A model generated the notes under the pieces. That model was not told the DNA's origin and did no database searches. It was given only the letters and a program-made list of their open reading frames with translations. The translations under genes were made by a program, and so were the position numbers. Of a stretch of 62,422 nucleotides of DNA, positions 16,902 through 27,286 are shown in pieces. Positions within the stretch are counted from its first letter, which is position 1. The number at the start of each line of letters is the position of its first letter. Origin of the DNA: a virus (Duplodnaviria > Caudoviricetes); the IMG/VR virus record IMGVR_UViG_3300026167_000001, positions 1 through 62,422 of that record; one strand, written 5' to 3'.

Positions 16902-17480
16902 ATGAGGATAGAGGTAGATACTGAGTTACTATTTAAGTATAATATAACACCTAATCAGTTCATACTAATTTACCTCATCTCAAATGAATCAAAAGTACTA
17001 AAAGACTTTATAAATCTGGTAAATAAAGATGAATTAAAAAAAGATTTAGAAGTTTTAGAAAAAGTAAATTTCATACATAATTTAAATACTGACAATAAGC
17101 TAGATTTCTCTAATATAGTAGTCAGAGATGAATTCTTAAATTTAATTAATTTAAAAGTTGATTTATTTCAAGAATTATTAGACATCTACCCTATCAAGGT
17201 AAGACGTCCTGACGGTTTTTATGATTATTTAAAAACAGATTCAGCACGCTCTAGGAAGCGATATAATCAACTTATTAGAGGGAATAGACTAAGACATCAT
17301 AAGATCATAGAAGCTTTAAAATACGAGCTTAAAATAAGGCAAAAAGAGGGTTCTATGATGTATATGAAAAGATTACCAAAGTGGTTATCTTCAAGAGAAT
17401 GGGAAGTATTTGAAGAAAGAATGAAAGACGAAGAAAAGGAAGTAGAATCAATAGGTACATATGGTACCAATATAGAATAA
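16902..17480 (+). CDS. putative replication initiator / helicase-loader-like protein
   Basis: 192 aa directly upstream of DnaB; F..L...YP.K and KW motif typical of phage replication proteins. Confidence 0.5.
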   Translation: MRIEVDTELLFKYNITPNQFILIYLISNESKVLKDFINLVNKDELKKDLEVLEKVNFIHNLNTDNKLDFSNIVVRDEFLNLINLKVDLFQELLDIYPIKVRRPDGFYDYLKTDSARSRKRYNQLIRGNRLRHHKIIEALKYELKIRQKEGSMMYMKRLPKWLSSREWEVFEERMKDEEKEVESIGTYGTNIE

Positions 17481-17485
17481 GTAAT

Positions 17486-18735
17486 ATGCTAATAACACCA
17501 TTAAAGTACAAACATATTTCAGAGCCTACTACAGAAATATTAGAGTATATTGATAGTAGGAGGAAAGGACAAATCAGATCGTTAAAAACTAAATGGAGAA
17601 AATTTAACGATCAATGTATGGGTGGTATTGAACCTAATACTATTTATACAGTAGCTGGTATATCCGGTAGTGGTGATAGAATATTTATCAATTACTTTTA
17701 GATAGGAAATATGATAAATATAAAGAATATTGCCGTATTTATGAGGAATCATAAATATAATTATTGGGCAAAAACGGTGAAGGCTGAGATGCTAATACCG
17801 TGGTAAATTTAAAGATAACGAAAGGCTTTAAATCACCGTAACGCATAGGAAATGAACAAATATAATTTTCCCACGAGTGTCCAACATCCAGAACGGATGA
17901 AAATATATGCTGAGCTTACATAAAATGAAATGTAAGAAGTATTAGATAAAAAACTAATACGGTAACAATACTGAAATCTAGCTTTGTTAATAGCTTAGAA
18001 ACAGATTTATTTGATTTAAATAATAGAGATGAATTTGTTGTACTCTCCTTTTCATTCGAAATGCTAAGTTCAAAACAAGTAGGTAGAAAATTATCTTACA
18101 AATTAGAAAAAACAACACAAGAATTATATAGTGGATATACTAATTATAAATTATCCAACGAAGATTATAAAAAAGTACAAGAAACAGCAAAAGGTATTGA
18201 AAAATATCCAATATATTATGTAGATATGCCAGGAACAGTTGACGAAATACGCCATACTATTCTGGAATTTAGTAAGGAATCTTTTGTTAAAGGTAAAAGG
18301 TTAATAATTATGTTAGATCATACATTATTAACTAAAGGTAAATCCGGAGAAGCTGAAAGAAGCATATTAGCAAACCTGCAATATATGTTTATGGAAATCA
18401 AAAAGTACGATAAAAATACCATAATTCAGCTGAGTCAAATGAATAGAGATATTGAAGCTAAGGAACGCATTGTTAATAATGCAATGCATTTTCCTATGAG
18501 GAGAGATATTTTTGGGGGTGATAGTATCTTCCAAGCTTCTGACTATTTAATAGTACTACATAGACCAGAAATGTTAGGAATAACAGAATATGGCATGAGT
18601 GCATTACCAACAAAAGATTTAGTCTACATGCATTTCCTAAAAGTAAGGGAAGGAGAACCTAAAATACTTGTATTCAAAAACAACCTTAGGTATAACAGAA
18701 TTGATGAGCATGAATTAAATTCTGTTAATAAATAA
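17486..18735 (+). CDS. dnaB: DnaB-like (SF4) replicative helicase; exons 17486-17674 and 17974-18735 (316 aa spliced)
   Basis: joining the exons restores Walker A GISGSG|KSS in frame; FSFEM, IMLDH and LSQMNR SF4 motifs. Confidence 0.9.
17675..17973 (+). mobile_element. group I self-splicing intron (299 nt, no homing endonuclease)
   Basis: exon ends in U, intron ends in G; P1 ggt|gata / tattgcc with U.G at the splice site; P3 ttgggca/tgtccaa; P7 gcata/tatgc; P8 and P9 hairpins. Confidence 0.9.
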
Positions 18736-18767
18736 ATCTTAATTATTAATAATTAATTAATTTCATC

Positions 18768-19217
18768 ATGACAAAAAATAATAAAAACTCTTTCGTTATT
18801 GACATGTCTAAAACAATAACAAACGCAACAGCAGATTTTTACAAACGAGAATTTTTAAAGAATGCTCGTAATTTAGGATTATTCATTGCAGGAGAAGACA
18901 TTCCTCCAGTACTTAGTGGTATTGAAGAAGCAGGAATGGGAAACTTATTAACAGTAGGTACTGCAGATAATCATGACGTTGAATGGATTCGACGTCCACA
19001 ATTTGCATGTGAACGAGGTTTAAAACCAGTTTATGACATTGTTGATGACTGGAATGAAATTCAAGAAGCTTTAGTTAAATTCTATGAAGAAAAATACGGA
19101 TTACGAACTAAAGACGGAGCAAAAATAACAATTCACGACGGGTATGTAAAAGTAGGATACCACATTATTACTGATGATACTCTTGCAGAAGTAATTGCAC
19201 GAAAAATTGTCGGTTAA
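18768..19217 (+). CDS. hypothetical protein in replication module
   Basis: 149 aa ORF. Confidence 0.7.
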   Translation: MTKNNKNSFVIDMSKTITNATADFYKREFLKNARNLGLFIAGEDIPPVLSGIEEAGMGNLLTVGTADNHDVEWIRRPQFACERGLKPVYDIVDDWNEIQEALVKFYEEKYGLRTKDGAKITIHDGYVKVGYHIITDDTLAEVIARKIVG

Positions 19218-19274
19218 TAGAAAAGAATAAATAAAAAAAATTACCTTTTCCTTAATAATTCCCAAAAAATATAT

Positions 19275-19298
19275 ACCGGCATTAAGTTTGCCGGTTTT
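19275..19298 (+). terminator. intrinsic terminator
   Basis: accggca / tgccggt followed by ttt. Confidence 0.6.
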
Positions 19299-19349
19299 AT
19301 AAAATTTTATCATAATAAAAACTAAGGAATAACAAAAATTAAGGAAAAA

Positions 19350-20000
19350 ATGAATAGAGAATCATATCAAATAGCAATTGTAGGAGAATCCGGACGGGGA
19401 AAAACATATTCCTTTAGAAATATGGATTCAGAAACAACAGGCTATATTAATTTAGAAAATAAACCATTACCGTTTACTACAAAATTTAAACATTATAGTA
19501 GACCTAATAATTGGCAAGACTGCTATCAAAAATTGATAGAGTATGCAAAAAATGATGATATAAAAACCGTAGTATTAGAAAGTTTTTCTTCTTATATTGA
19601 TAGTGTATTAAAAACAGCTAGAGATACTAAAAAAGGTTTTGATATTTGGAATTTTTATAATGACGAAATAGGTAAACTATTATATTTATTAACAAAATAT
19701 CCTAAAGATATATTTATAACAGCTCATCCAGCATGGGTAGAAACTCCTGAAGGAGCTGTAGAAAAACGCATTGGAGTAAAAGGTAATGAATGGAATAAAA
19801 CAGGAGTAGAAAGAGACTTTACAATAGTTCTATTCGCTGATGCAAAATTATCAAATGATAACAAACGAGAATACTATTATACCCTAAATTCAGATGGAAC
19901 TACCACAGCAAAAACACCACCAGTACTATTTGAAGATGAAGAATCTATACCAAATGATGCTTCAAAAGTATTGGAAGAATTAAATAAAATGTTTAATTAA
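19350..20000 (+). CDS. AAA_24 / Sak4-like P-loop ATPase
   Basis: Walker A GESGRGKT, VVLES Walker B-like, ITAH, AKTP; adjacent to SSB-like gene. Confidence 0.8.
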   Translation: MNRESYQIAIVGESGRGKTYSFRNMDSETTGYINLENKPLPFTTKFKHYSRPNNWQDCYQKLIEYAKNDDIKTVVLESFSSYIDSVLKTARDTKKGFDIWNFYNDEIGKLLYLLTKYPKDIFITAHPAWVETPEGAVEKRIGVKGNEWNKTGVERDFTIVLFADAKLSNDNKREYYYTLNSDGTTTAKTPPVLFEDEESIPNDASKVLEELNKMFN

Positions 20001-20016
20001 TTAATATTATATAAAT

Positions 20017-20625
20017 ATGCCTAAATTTAAAATTAGTAAAGAAAATAAATTACAAGATCAAGGTAGTTCATTTATTGAAGCGGGAATTCATGAAGACTTA
20101 GAATTTGACAGAATTACATATAATGTATCTGCAAATGGTAATAAATTCTTAGCTTTTTATTTAAAAGACCTCTCTGGAGCAGAGGTATCAAAAACAGAAT
20201 GGGAACCTAAAGATGAAAATCCTGAAAAATTAAAAAATAAAGTAAATAACCAAATGATTAGAATCCATCACATACTTGTAGGATCAGGTGTGCTGAGTGA
20301 GATTAATATTGAAGCAGATGATTTCGAAGAATTCGCCAATAAATTAATTGATTTAGTAGGCGATAAATACAAAGATGTTAAAATTAGAGCCAAGGTAGTA
20401 TATGACGATAATAACTACACAACTTTGCCTAATTACACTAAATATATTTGGATTGAACCAATGTCTATACCTAAAGAAAAAAGTAAAATAAGAATACTAG
20501 GTATAGATAGAATGGAAAGAATAAGACCAGATGACACATCTAGTCAAAGTAATCCATTTGAAAGTGTAGATACATCTGAATCAGAAAAAGACAATAATAA
20601 GGATAAAAGCGATTTACCGTTCTAA
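20017..20625 (+). CDS. putative single-stranded DNA-binding protein
   Basis: acidic tail ending DLPF; lies between ATPase and primase. Confidence 0.65.
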   Translation: MPKFKISKENKLQDQGSSFIEAGIHEDLEFDRITYNVSANGNKFLAFYLKDLSGAEVSKTEWEPKDENPEKLKNKVNNQMIRIHHILVGSGVLSEINIEADDFEEFANKLIDLVGDKYKDVKIRAKVVYDDNNYTTLPNYTKYIWIEPMSIPKEKSKIRILGIDRMERIRPDDTSSQSNPFESVDTSESEKDNNKDKSDLPF

Positions 20626-20647
20626 ATATCCTCAATATATATATATC

Positions 20648-20672
20648 AAGGGGTAGTAAAATTCTACCCCTT
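20648..20672 (+). terminator. stem-loop / terminator
   Basis: aaggggtag / ctacccctt. Confidence 0.6.
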
Positions 20673-20688
20673 ATAATTTTATCAGTAT

Positions 20689-21675
20689 ATGACACTATAC
20701 GACACAAAAAATATAAAACCTGTAACTGAAGAAAATATTTTAAGTAAAACTACAGAATATGATATATTTTCATATTACTTAGGACACAGTTTTATAGTTA
20801 ATTCTAAATTTAATAGCCCACTAAGAAAAGATAAAAATCCTTCTTTTGGTATATTTGTATCTAAGATAACAAATTCTTTATTATTTAAAGACCAAGGTAT
20901 AGGAGAAACTGGAAATTGTTTTAAATTTGTACAATTAATAGAATCTTTGAGCACCTATAAAGAAGCATTAGAAAAGGTAAATGACGATTTAAATTTAGGA
21001 CTATTAAATAGAAGCAAAAAAGGTATAGATGTAAAATATAATTATAAATCATCTAGAACCAAAATAGAAATAAAGACTAGATATTTCACAGAAAATGATG
21101 ATGAATATTGGAATCAATATAATATATCTAGAGAGACATTAAAACAATATAAAGTAAAACCTATATCATATATATGGGTTAATGACACTCTTTTACCTTG
21201 GAGATATTCAAAAGAATACCCCATGTATGCATATCAAGTTTATAATAAATTTAAAATATATAGACCAAAGAATGCAAATAAGGAAAAATGGCTTACTAAC
21301 TGTACTTTATACGATGTTCAAGGTTATGAACAATTACCAAAGTCTGGAGAATTACTTATAATAACAAAGTCATTGAAAGATGTAATGGTATTAAACGAAT
21401 TAAATTATACTTCAGTATCTGCAAATAGCGAAAACTCTGTAATACCTAAAAAAATAATGTATGATTTAAAGAAGAGATTTAAAAATATTATTATATTCTT
21501 TGATAATGATAGTAGTGGTATAAAAGGAGCTGAAGAATTTTGTAAAACTTACAATTTAAATAGTATAAAAATAAGTACAGATAAAAAAGTAAAGGATATA
21601 AGCGATTTTATAAAAAAATATGGTAAAAAACAAACTGAAGAATATTTAAAAAAATTATTAACAAATGATAAATAA
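20689..21675 (+). CDS. dnaG: DNA primase (DnaG-like, Toprim), crAss type
   Basis: SPLRKDKNPSF N-terminal domain; ITKSLKD, FDND..G and KDISD Toprim motifs. Confidence 0.85.
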   Translation: MTLYDTKNIKPVTEENILSKTTEYDIFSYYLGHSFIVNSKFNSPLRKDKNPSFGIFVSKITNSLLFKDQGIGETGNCFKFVQLIESLSTYKEALEKVNDDLNLGLLNRSKKGIDVKYNYKSSRTKIEIKTRYFTENDDEYWNQYNISRETLKQYKVKPISYIWVNDTLLPWRYSKEYPMYAYQVYNKFKIYRPKNANKEKWLTNCTLYDVQGYEQLPKSGELLIITKSLKDVMVLNELNYTSVSANSENSVIPKKIMYDLKKRFKNIIIFFDNDSSGIKGAEEFCKTYNLNSIKISTDKKVKDISDFIKKYGKKQTEEYLKKLLTNDK

Positions 21676-23710
21676 TATAAACTTCTACAAATCATTACAG
21701 TCGGATTATGAAAAATCTACAAAAATTATTTACTTAAATCCTTTAAATGATATTTTATTAAAAATAAAAAAATCTGAAAAAGGTAGTAGTAATAAAATAA
21801 TTAAGGCGTTACTTCCAAATGATCAATATTTAATAAAGAAATCTTATATAAATGATGATCACCCTAATTTTATAAATATAAAAAGAAAGAAAGATGGGTC
21901 TTTAATGATAAGTTATTTAACTATTAAAGATGTAAAATCTAAAATATTAAATAAATATATTAAAGATAAATTTAAATTATTATTAAAGGATGATTTTAAT
22001 ATCAGAAAAATACTCTCAAATAAAGAAGATTTATCTGTAAGAACTTGTATTTCATATAATAATGTACTTAGTAGTAAATTGTATACTTTTAGAAACTTTA
22101 GACCATCTGAAATTTCAGAAGATAGATATTTTAGTTATTTAAGTAGTATGTATATAAATATGTATGAAGAACTATCTAATATTATACATACCAATACTAA
22201 AATACTTTATAGTATTAATGAAATGCAAAAAAATAATTTTATCTTGTTAAAGATACTATACAATAGTATTATTAACGATACAAATTATATTGAAGATGTT
22301 AAAGAATATTATGGATTAAATTCTAAGGAAACTAAATATATAAATTCCAAACTTGATAGTAAATCATTTGAATTATTAAACTTACTAAAAAATATAAATT
22401 TATACAAAGATTCTTCTATTAGAAAACAAATTAAACCCGGCAAGTTCATTATAAAATTATTTAATAAAGGAATTTATAAACCTACAGAAATAGAAGATTT
22501 CGTAGAACTATTATCATCAGAATTTATTGATATTTCTAAAGATGATATAAAAATAGTTAGAGGTCCAGCTATACCTTATTATTATAATGAAATAAATTGT
22601 TCATACTATAAAAATTACAATAAAAAACGCAATAATGCGTCTTACTCAACACTGGATTTATTACAAGGTACTATAAATAATCAAGAAGATGGTGCGCAAG
22701 TAGAAAATAATTTAGGTGGGGGACAATTACATAATAGTTGTATGCGTCACAATAGTTGTACAGACGAACAATTAGATTTATATGTAGATAATCCAGATAC
22801 AATAGGGATGTTGATTTTATTTGATTATGATAAAAAAGTTGCAGGTAGATGTATAATTTGGACAGATGGTAAAACTAATATGTTTGATAGAATCTACGCT
22901 GATAACAATTCTACAAGACATAAAATGTATAAATGGTTATTAAACAATAACTACATTAACGTATCTAACAGTAATAAAAATTATAGCGGACTTAATAATA
23001 ATAACAAAACAACAGGAATTCCTATAAAAAATTGCATCTATGAAAAGTATCCATATTTAGATACATTTAAATATATAGATTTAAAAAATAAGAAATTATT
23101 AACTTATCATGAAATGGATAGTTATGAATCTGATAAATATTTATATTCAATAAGTAGTGGGGGACTTTCAGAGGTAACTAAATATTATACTACTAGTAAT
23201 TTGATGGCTGAAAAACTGAATACAACAGATTATATAAATAATACAATAAGAAATTATAATCAAAAAAATAAGAATATTAAAAATATATTAAAAACTGAAG
23301 AATCTTCAATATTTAAAATTAAATTACATAGATATGCAGAAAATTCTGAAGATGATATAATAGATTATATTCATATATATAGCTGGAATATGAATAATAC
23401 AGATAGAATGACTAAATCTTTAAAAAATAATGAAATACCTAATGGTATATCTGTTCTAAAATATTCTATAAGAAATGGTACTATTACAAGCAAAAAACAT
23501 AAAGTTGATAAAACGTACAAAAAAACTATTGAAAAATTAGGTATCATTAATGAACAAAATAATTTAAAATCTAATAAATTAAATAAAGAAGATGCCAATA
23601 AAGCTCTTGGAAATTTAATGGGTGAATATTACGATAAACACGTTAAATATAGTCCATCTTTTATAGATTTACCTAGGACATATATGAATTCTTTTGGCCA
23701 AATATTTTAA
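21665..23710 (+). CDS. large hypothetical protein with SCM / GR..W / DRIY / PY.DT motif domain
   Basis: 681 aa; motif-like core SCMRH, GRCIIW, FDRIYA, YPYLDTF within Asn/Lys-rich sequence. Confidence 0.65.
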   Translation: MINNINFYKSLQSDYEKSTKIIYLNPLNDILLKIKKSEKGSSNKIIKALLPNDQYLIKKSYINDDHPNFINIKRKKDGSLMISYLTIKDVKSKILNKYIKDKFKLLLKDDFNIRKILSNKEDLSVRTCISYNNVLSSKLYTFRNFRPSEISEDRYFSYLSSMYINMYEELSNIIHTNTKILYSINEMQKNNFILLKILYNSIINDTNYIEDVKEYYGLNSKETKYINSKLDSKSFELLNLLKNINLYKDSSIRKQIKPGKFIIKLFNKGIYKPTEIEDFVELLSSEFIDISKDDIKIVRGPAIPYYYNEINCSYYKNYNKKRNNASYSTLDLLQGTINNQEDGAQVENNLGGGQLHNSCMRHNSCTDEQLDLYVDNPDTIGMLILFDYDKKVAGRCIIWTDGKTNMFDRIYADNNSTRHKMYKWLLNNNYINVSNSNKNYSGLNNNNKTTGIPIKNCIYEKYPYLDTFKYIDLKNKKLLTYHEMDSYESDKYLYSISSGGLSEVTKYYTTSNLMAEKLNTTDYINNTIRNYNQKNKNIKNILKTEESSIFKIKLHRYAENSEDDIIDYIHIYSWNMNNTDRMTKSLKNNEIPNGISVLKYSIRNGTITSKKHKVDKTYKKTIEKLGIINEQNNLKSNKLNKEDANKALGNLMGEYYDKHVKYSPSFIDLPRTYMNSFGQIF

Positions 23711-23729
23711 AAATTTATGATTAAAAATA

Positions 23730-24995
23730 ATGTTTAATTTAGGACTATTAATAAAAACTTTATCTGTGCAATCGAAATCTAATGACGATTCTAACATGAT
23801 AAAGTTTGTGAAAAATTTCTTATCAAAAAATAAAATAAAATATAAGGAAGATACATATGGAAATATATATGTTACTAAAGGAAAAAGCAAATCTTATGCC
23901 TGTGTAGTAAGTCATATGGATACCGTACATCCTATGATAGATAAAGAATATTTTAAAATATTTAAGTTAAAGGATATACTTTATGCTATGAATGTAGAAC
24001 TGGGAGAACAAGTTGGTATTGGCGGAGATGATAAAGTGGGAATATATATAACTTTACAACTATTAAAAGATTTAGATAATATAAAAGCCGTATTTTACAG
24101 AAATGAGGAAATAGGTTGTTTAGGATCTAAACATTCTATACAACATGAAAAATCTTTTTATAACGATTGTAATTTTATTTTACAATGTGATAGAAAGTAT
24201 AAAAGTGATTTTATAACTAGATCTGGTGGAACTAAAATGTGTAGTACTGACTTTATAAATTCTGTAACTCCTTATATGGAGAAATATGGATTTAAAGAAG
24301 AGACGGGAATAAGTACAGATGTAGATAAATTAGTAAAAGGAGATGTCGGAATATCGTGTGTTAACATAAGTTCCGGGTACTATAGACCCCATACTGATAC
24401 TGAAATAGTTAAAATTTCAGAAGTACTAAACACATTTAATTTTGTAACTGATATAATAAATAATTTAGGTAATACTAAATTTGAATACAAATATGTACCA
24501 ACTCCCACATATAGTAATTTTGGAAATTCATTTACATATCCAATAAGTAGGAAAATATATTTTGATAAAATAGTACCAAAATACATATATCAAAATATTA
24601 AATTGTCTAAATATCCAGAATTTAATATTATAAATAGTAATAAAAATGAAATTGAAAATTCCTATGAATATTCTTTAAAGGATGAAGAACAACTAATACC
24701 AGTAAAAGGTATTAATTGTAACATTTGTAAAAGTAAAGATACAATGATATACTATCCTAAAGATGATATATTCATGTGTAAAAAATGTGGCAAAATATTA
24801 AACGATGATACGAATTTAAAAAAGAATGAACAAATAGATAATTTATATCACAAACTGAAAATAACTTCTAAAGGAGAAGATTTTGTTTTTAATAATTTAG
24901 CAGTTTGTTGGATTAAAAAAGATGATTCCGAATGGAGTTCTGTATTAGGCTCATATATGCCTTTAGATGAAGATAGATATAAATTAGCTTATTAA
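23730..24995 (+). CDS. M20/M28-clan zinc peptidase with C-terminal Zn ribbon
   Basis: SHMDTV, GGDDKVG, NEEIG, QCDR, YYRPHT; CNIC...CKKC. Confidence 0.85.
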   Translation: MFNLGLLIKTLSVQSKSNDDSNMIKFVKNFLSKNKIKYKEDTYGNIYVTKGKSKSYACVVSHMDTVHPMIDKEYFKIFKLKDILYAMNVELGEQVGIGGDDKVGIYITLQLLKDLDNIKAVFYRNEEIGCLGSKHSIQHEKSFYNDCNFILQCDRKYKSDFITRSGGTKMCSTDFINSVTPYMEKYGFKEETGISTDVDKLVKGDVGISCVNISSGYYRPHTDTEIVKISEVLNTFNFVTDIINNLGNTKFEYKYVPTPTYSNFGNSFTYPISRKIYFDKIVPKYIYQNIKLSKYPEFNIINSNKNEIENSYEYSLKDEEQLIPVKGINCNICKSKDTMIYYPKDDIFMCKKCGKILNDDTNLKKNEQIDNLYHKLKITSKGEDFVFNNLAVCWIKKDDSEWSSVLGSYMPLDEDRYKLAY

Positions 24996-24999
24996 AAAC

Positions 25000-25026
25000 A
25001 TACCTACTTAAGTTGTAGGTATTTTT
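25000..25026 (+). terminator. intrinsic terminator
   Basis: atacctac / gtaggtat followed by tttt. Confidence 0.65.
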
Positions 25027-25038
25027 ACTACTAAATTT

Positions 25039-25452
25039 ATGAGTAAAAAGAAATCTAAAAATAAAAAAGTAAAAAATGCTACTCCATTATTTTATGATGG
25101 TATAAAATTTAAAAGTAAATTAGAAGTATACTGTTATAATAAATTAAAAGAAAATAACATAGAAGCTCCATATGAAGAAAATACTTTTGTAATAATTGAT
25201 GCCTTCGTATATAATGATGAGAAAGTAAGAAAAATGACATACAAACCTGATTTTGTAGGTAAAGATTTTGTAATTGAATGTAAAGGAAAGGCTAATGATG
25301 CTTTTCCATTGCGTTGGAAAATTTTTAAACGCTATTTATTTGATAATAATTTAAATTACAAATTATACTTACCTAGAAATAAAAAGGATGTAGATGCAGT
25401 CATTGAAGATATAAAAAATCATTATAATGACAGAAAAACAGTATTACAGTGA
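25039..25452 (+). CDS. PD-(D/E)xK endonuclease (DUF1064 / T7 endonuclease I-like)
   Basis: GIKFKSKLE, YKPDF, IECKG. Confidence 0.8.
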   Translation: MSKKKSKNKKVKNATPLFYDGIKFKSKLEVYCYNKLKENNIEAPYEENTFVIIDAFVYNDEKVRKMTYKPDFVGKDFVIECKGKANDAFPLRWKIFKRYLFDNNLNYKLYLPRNKKDVDAVIEDIKNHYNDRKTVLQ

Positions 25453-26413
25453 AAAGAAAGTATCTAGTACCTCATTAAAATGGTTTGAAGATGAATCTCC
25501 TTGGTATTTTAAAAATATGCTAGATAAAGAAATAGTACAAGAAAAATTAAGTTGGTTCGATACTGGTAGACAAATACATATGTCTATTTTAGAACCAAAA
25601 GAATTTGACATTAACTATATTTATTTAGATTATAAAATACCAAAAAGTGAAAATCAAAAGAAATTCTGTGAAATTTATATAGATAATATAAATAAATATA
25701 CAGATAAAGAAAGGAGAATACTATCTTATGAACGATCTTATAACGCTGTTGGTAAATCCGAAGATAAGATAAATAAAGAATCTGAGAAACTATATAATAC
25801 CTTACAGAGTTATATAAAGTACTTAGAAAAATCGAAAGAGTATAAAGAGGTACTAACTAAATCAAAATGGAAATTAATACAAGATTTAAAAAAAGAAGCT
25901 TATAATCATAAGAAAGCAAGACAATTATTATTAGTGGAAAATGATTTAGCTAATGTAGAAGAGTATAATGAAATACCAATATTTTGGGAATATAAAACTA
26001 TTGAAGGAAAAACAGTTCCTTGTAAGTCTATGTTAGATAGATTAGTAATAGATCATGATACTAAAACTATTAAATTAATAGATCTAAAAACTACTAGTAA
26101 TTTAGGTACTTTTCATAAATCTGTAGATAAATACAAATACTACAGACAATTAGCTTTTTATTGGAAAGCTGTTGAATATGAATTTAAAGACTTGCAAGAT
26201 TATAAACGAGAAAATTATATAATAGCGCTACGAACTAAAGAATTACCAGAATGTAAAGTATTTGAAATATCAAATAATTTAATAGAATTAGGCAATGAAG
26301 AAATTGAAAACCTAATGAAAGATATTTCGTGGCATTTTGAAAACAACTTCTGGAAATATTCAAGAGAGTATTATGAAGGAACAGGAGTTGAAAAATTAAA
26401 AGAAGAAAATTAA
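25427..26413 (+). CDS. PD-(D/E)xK exonuclease (RecE / DUF3799-like)
   Basis: SSTSLK, G..IH..ILEP, E...CKSMLDRL, IDLKTT, YYRQLAFY. Confidence 0.8.
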   Translation: MTEKQYYSEKKVSSTSLKWFEDESPWYFKNMLDKEIVQEKLSWFDTGRQIHMSILEPKEFDINYIYLDYKIPKSENQKKFCEIYIDNINKYTDKERRILSYERSYNAVGKSEDKINKESEKLYNTLQSYIKYLEKSKEYKEVLTKSKWKLIQDLKKEAYNHKKARQLLLVENDLANVEEYNEIPIFWEYKTIEGKTVPCKSMLDRLVIDHDTKTIKLIDLKTTSNLGTFHKSVDKYKYYRQLAFYWKAVEYEFKDLQDYKRENYIIALRTKELPECKVFEISNNLIELGNEEIENLMKDISWHFENNFWKYSREYYEGTGVEKLKEEN

Positions 26414-26414
26414 T

Positions 26415-26972
26415 ATGCACGTAAATACATTCAAAAAGTTAATTGAGTTAGGTAATTCTCAAAATAATACATTAAGATTTTTAATGCCTTTAATTTACGA
26501 ACAAGGTATAAACAGTGATAACACTGTAACGGAACCTTTTATCGGCGCTTATATTAAAGATGCTAAAAATAAAGAATATGATGATAAATTATTATTAGTT
26601 TATGATAGTAAAAATGAACTTACAAATAAAGTTAGTGAGGTACTTACTAAATCTAAACATTATTTAGAATCTTATTCTAATGAAAATAATAAATTAAAGG
26701 TATTCGTATTTGATATACCTGAAAATAAACAACCAATATTAGAATTATTTAAAGAGGGTAAATACACACAATTCCCTTCATTATATAAAACTAATATAAT
26801 GAAATTTTGGAATTTGGAAGAAGGTGACGATATGTTTACATATATACTATATGGTGTAGACGAATCACAAATGAACAATAATGTAACAGAACTTACAGAA
26901 GAAGAACAAAAAGATACCATAGAAAACGAATTATGGCCTATTCCAGATATGTCAAAAGAAACATTAAAATAA
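26415..26972 (+). CDS. hypothetical protein
   Basis: 185 aa ORF. Confidence 0.7.
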   Translation: MHVNTFKKLIELGNSQNNTLRFLMPLIYEQGINSDNTVTEPFIGAYIKDAKNKEYDDKLLLVYDSKNELTNKVSEVLTKSKHYLESYSNENNKLKVFVFDIPENKQPILELFKEGKYTQFPSLYKTNIMKFWNLEEGDDMFTYILYGVDESQMNNNVTELTEEEQKDTIENELWPIPDMSKETLK

Positions 26973-27174
26973 TAAAAATAACTCTACAAAACACATTAAA
27001 TAAACAGACATGAATAGCTTATTAAGATTCACGATGTAAAGTACTAAGATATATACGCCTTAGTTGAAGTTTATAAAGAAAGCTGTTAGGTATACTGTAA
27101 GATGAAAAAGGGTTTATAGTAGTCTTACTTAATACGAAAGTGCAAACCAGAAACCCTGAGTAGAGTTATTTTTA
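26973..27174 (+). ncRNA. ~200-nt pseudoknotted candidate ncRNA closed by 15-bp stem
   Basis: taaaaataactctac/gtagagttattttta; taaac/gttta, actaag/cttagt, gtaaga/tcttac with loop agggttt pairing downstream aaaccct; tac-gaaa-gtg. Confidence 0.6.
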
Positions 27175-27182
27175 AAACATTA

Positions 27183-27286
27183 ATGCAAGACTATTCCTGA
27201 ATCCTCAGACAGTTGAGGTAGTTGTCGAAAGACAAAGCAACTGCTCCCACCAATGACAGGATGAAAAGGAGCATGATGTCTTGCAT
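27183..27286 (+). ncRNA. ~100-nt pseudoknotted candidate ncRNA closed by 9-bp stem
   Basis: atgcaagac/gtcttgcat; cctca/tgagg; ttgtc-gaaa-gacaa; tgctcc/ggagca whose loop cagga pairs upstream tcctg. Confidence 0.6.

Noticed and set aside
17486-18735. Helicase as pseudogene or two separate genes
   Set aside because: Removing 17675-17973 restores the frame and Walker A, and the removed segment has group I core pairings
2749-26920. Short - strand ORFs opposite + strand genes (e.g. 6597-6962, 8449-8751, 15472-15663, 26672-26920)
   Set aside because: Antisense shadows of real genes, with Phe/Leu/Ser-rich composition
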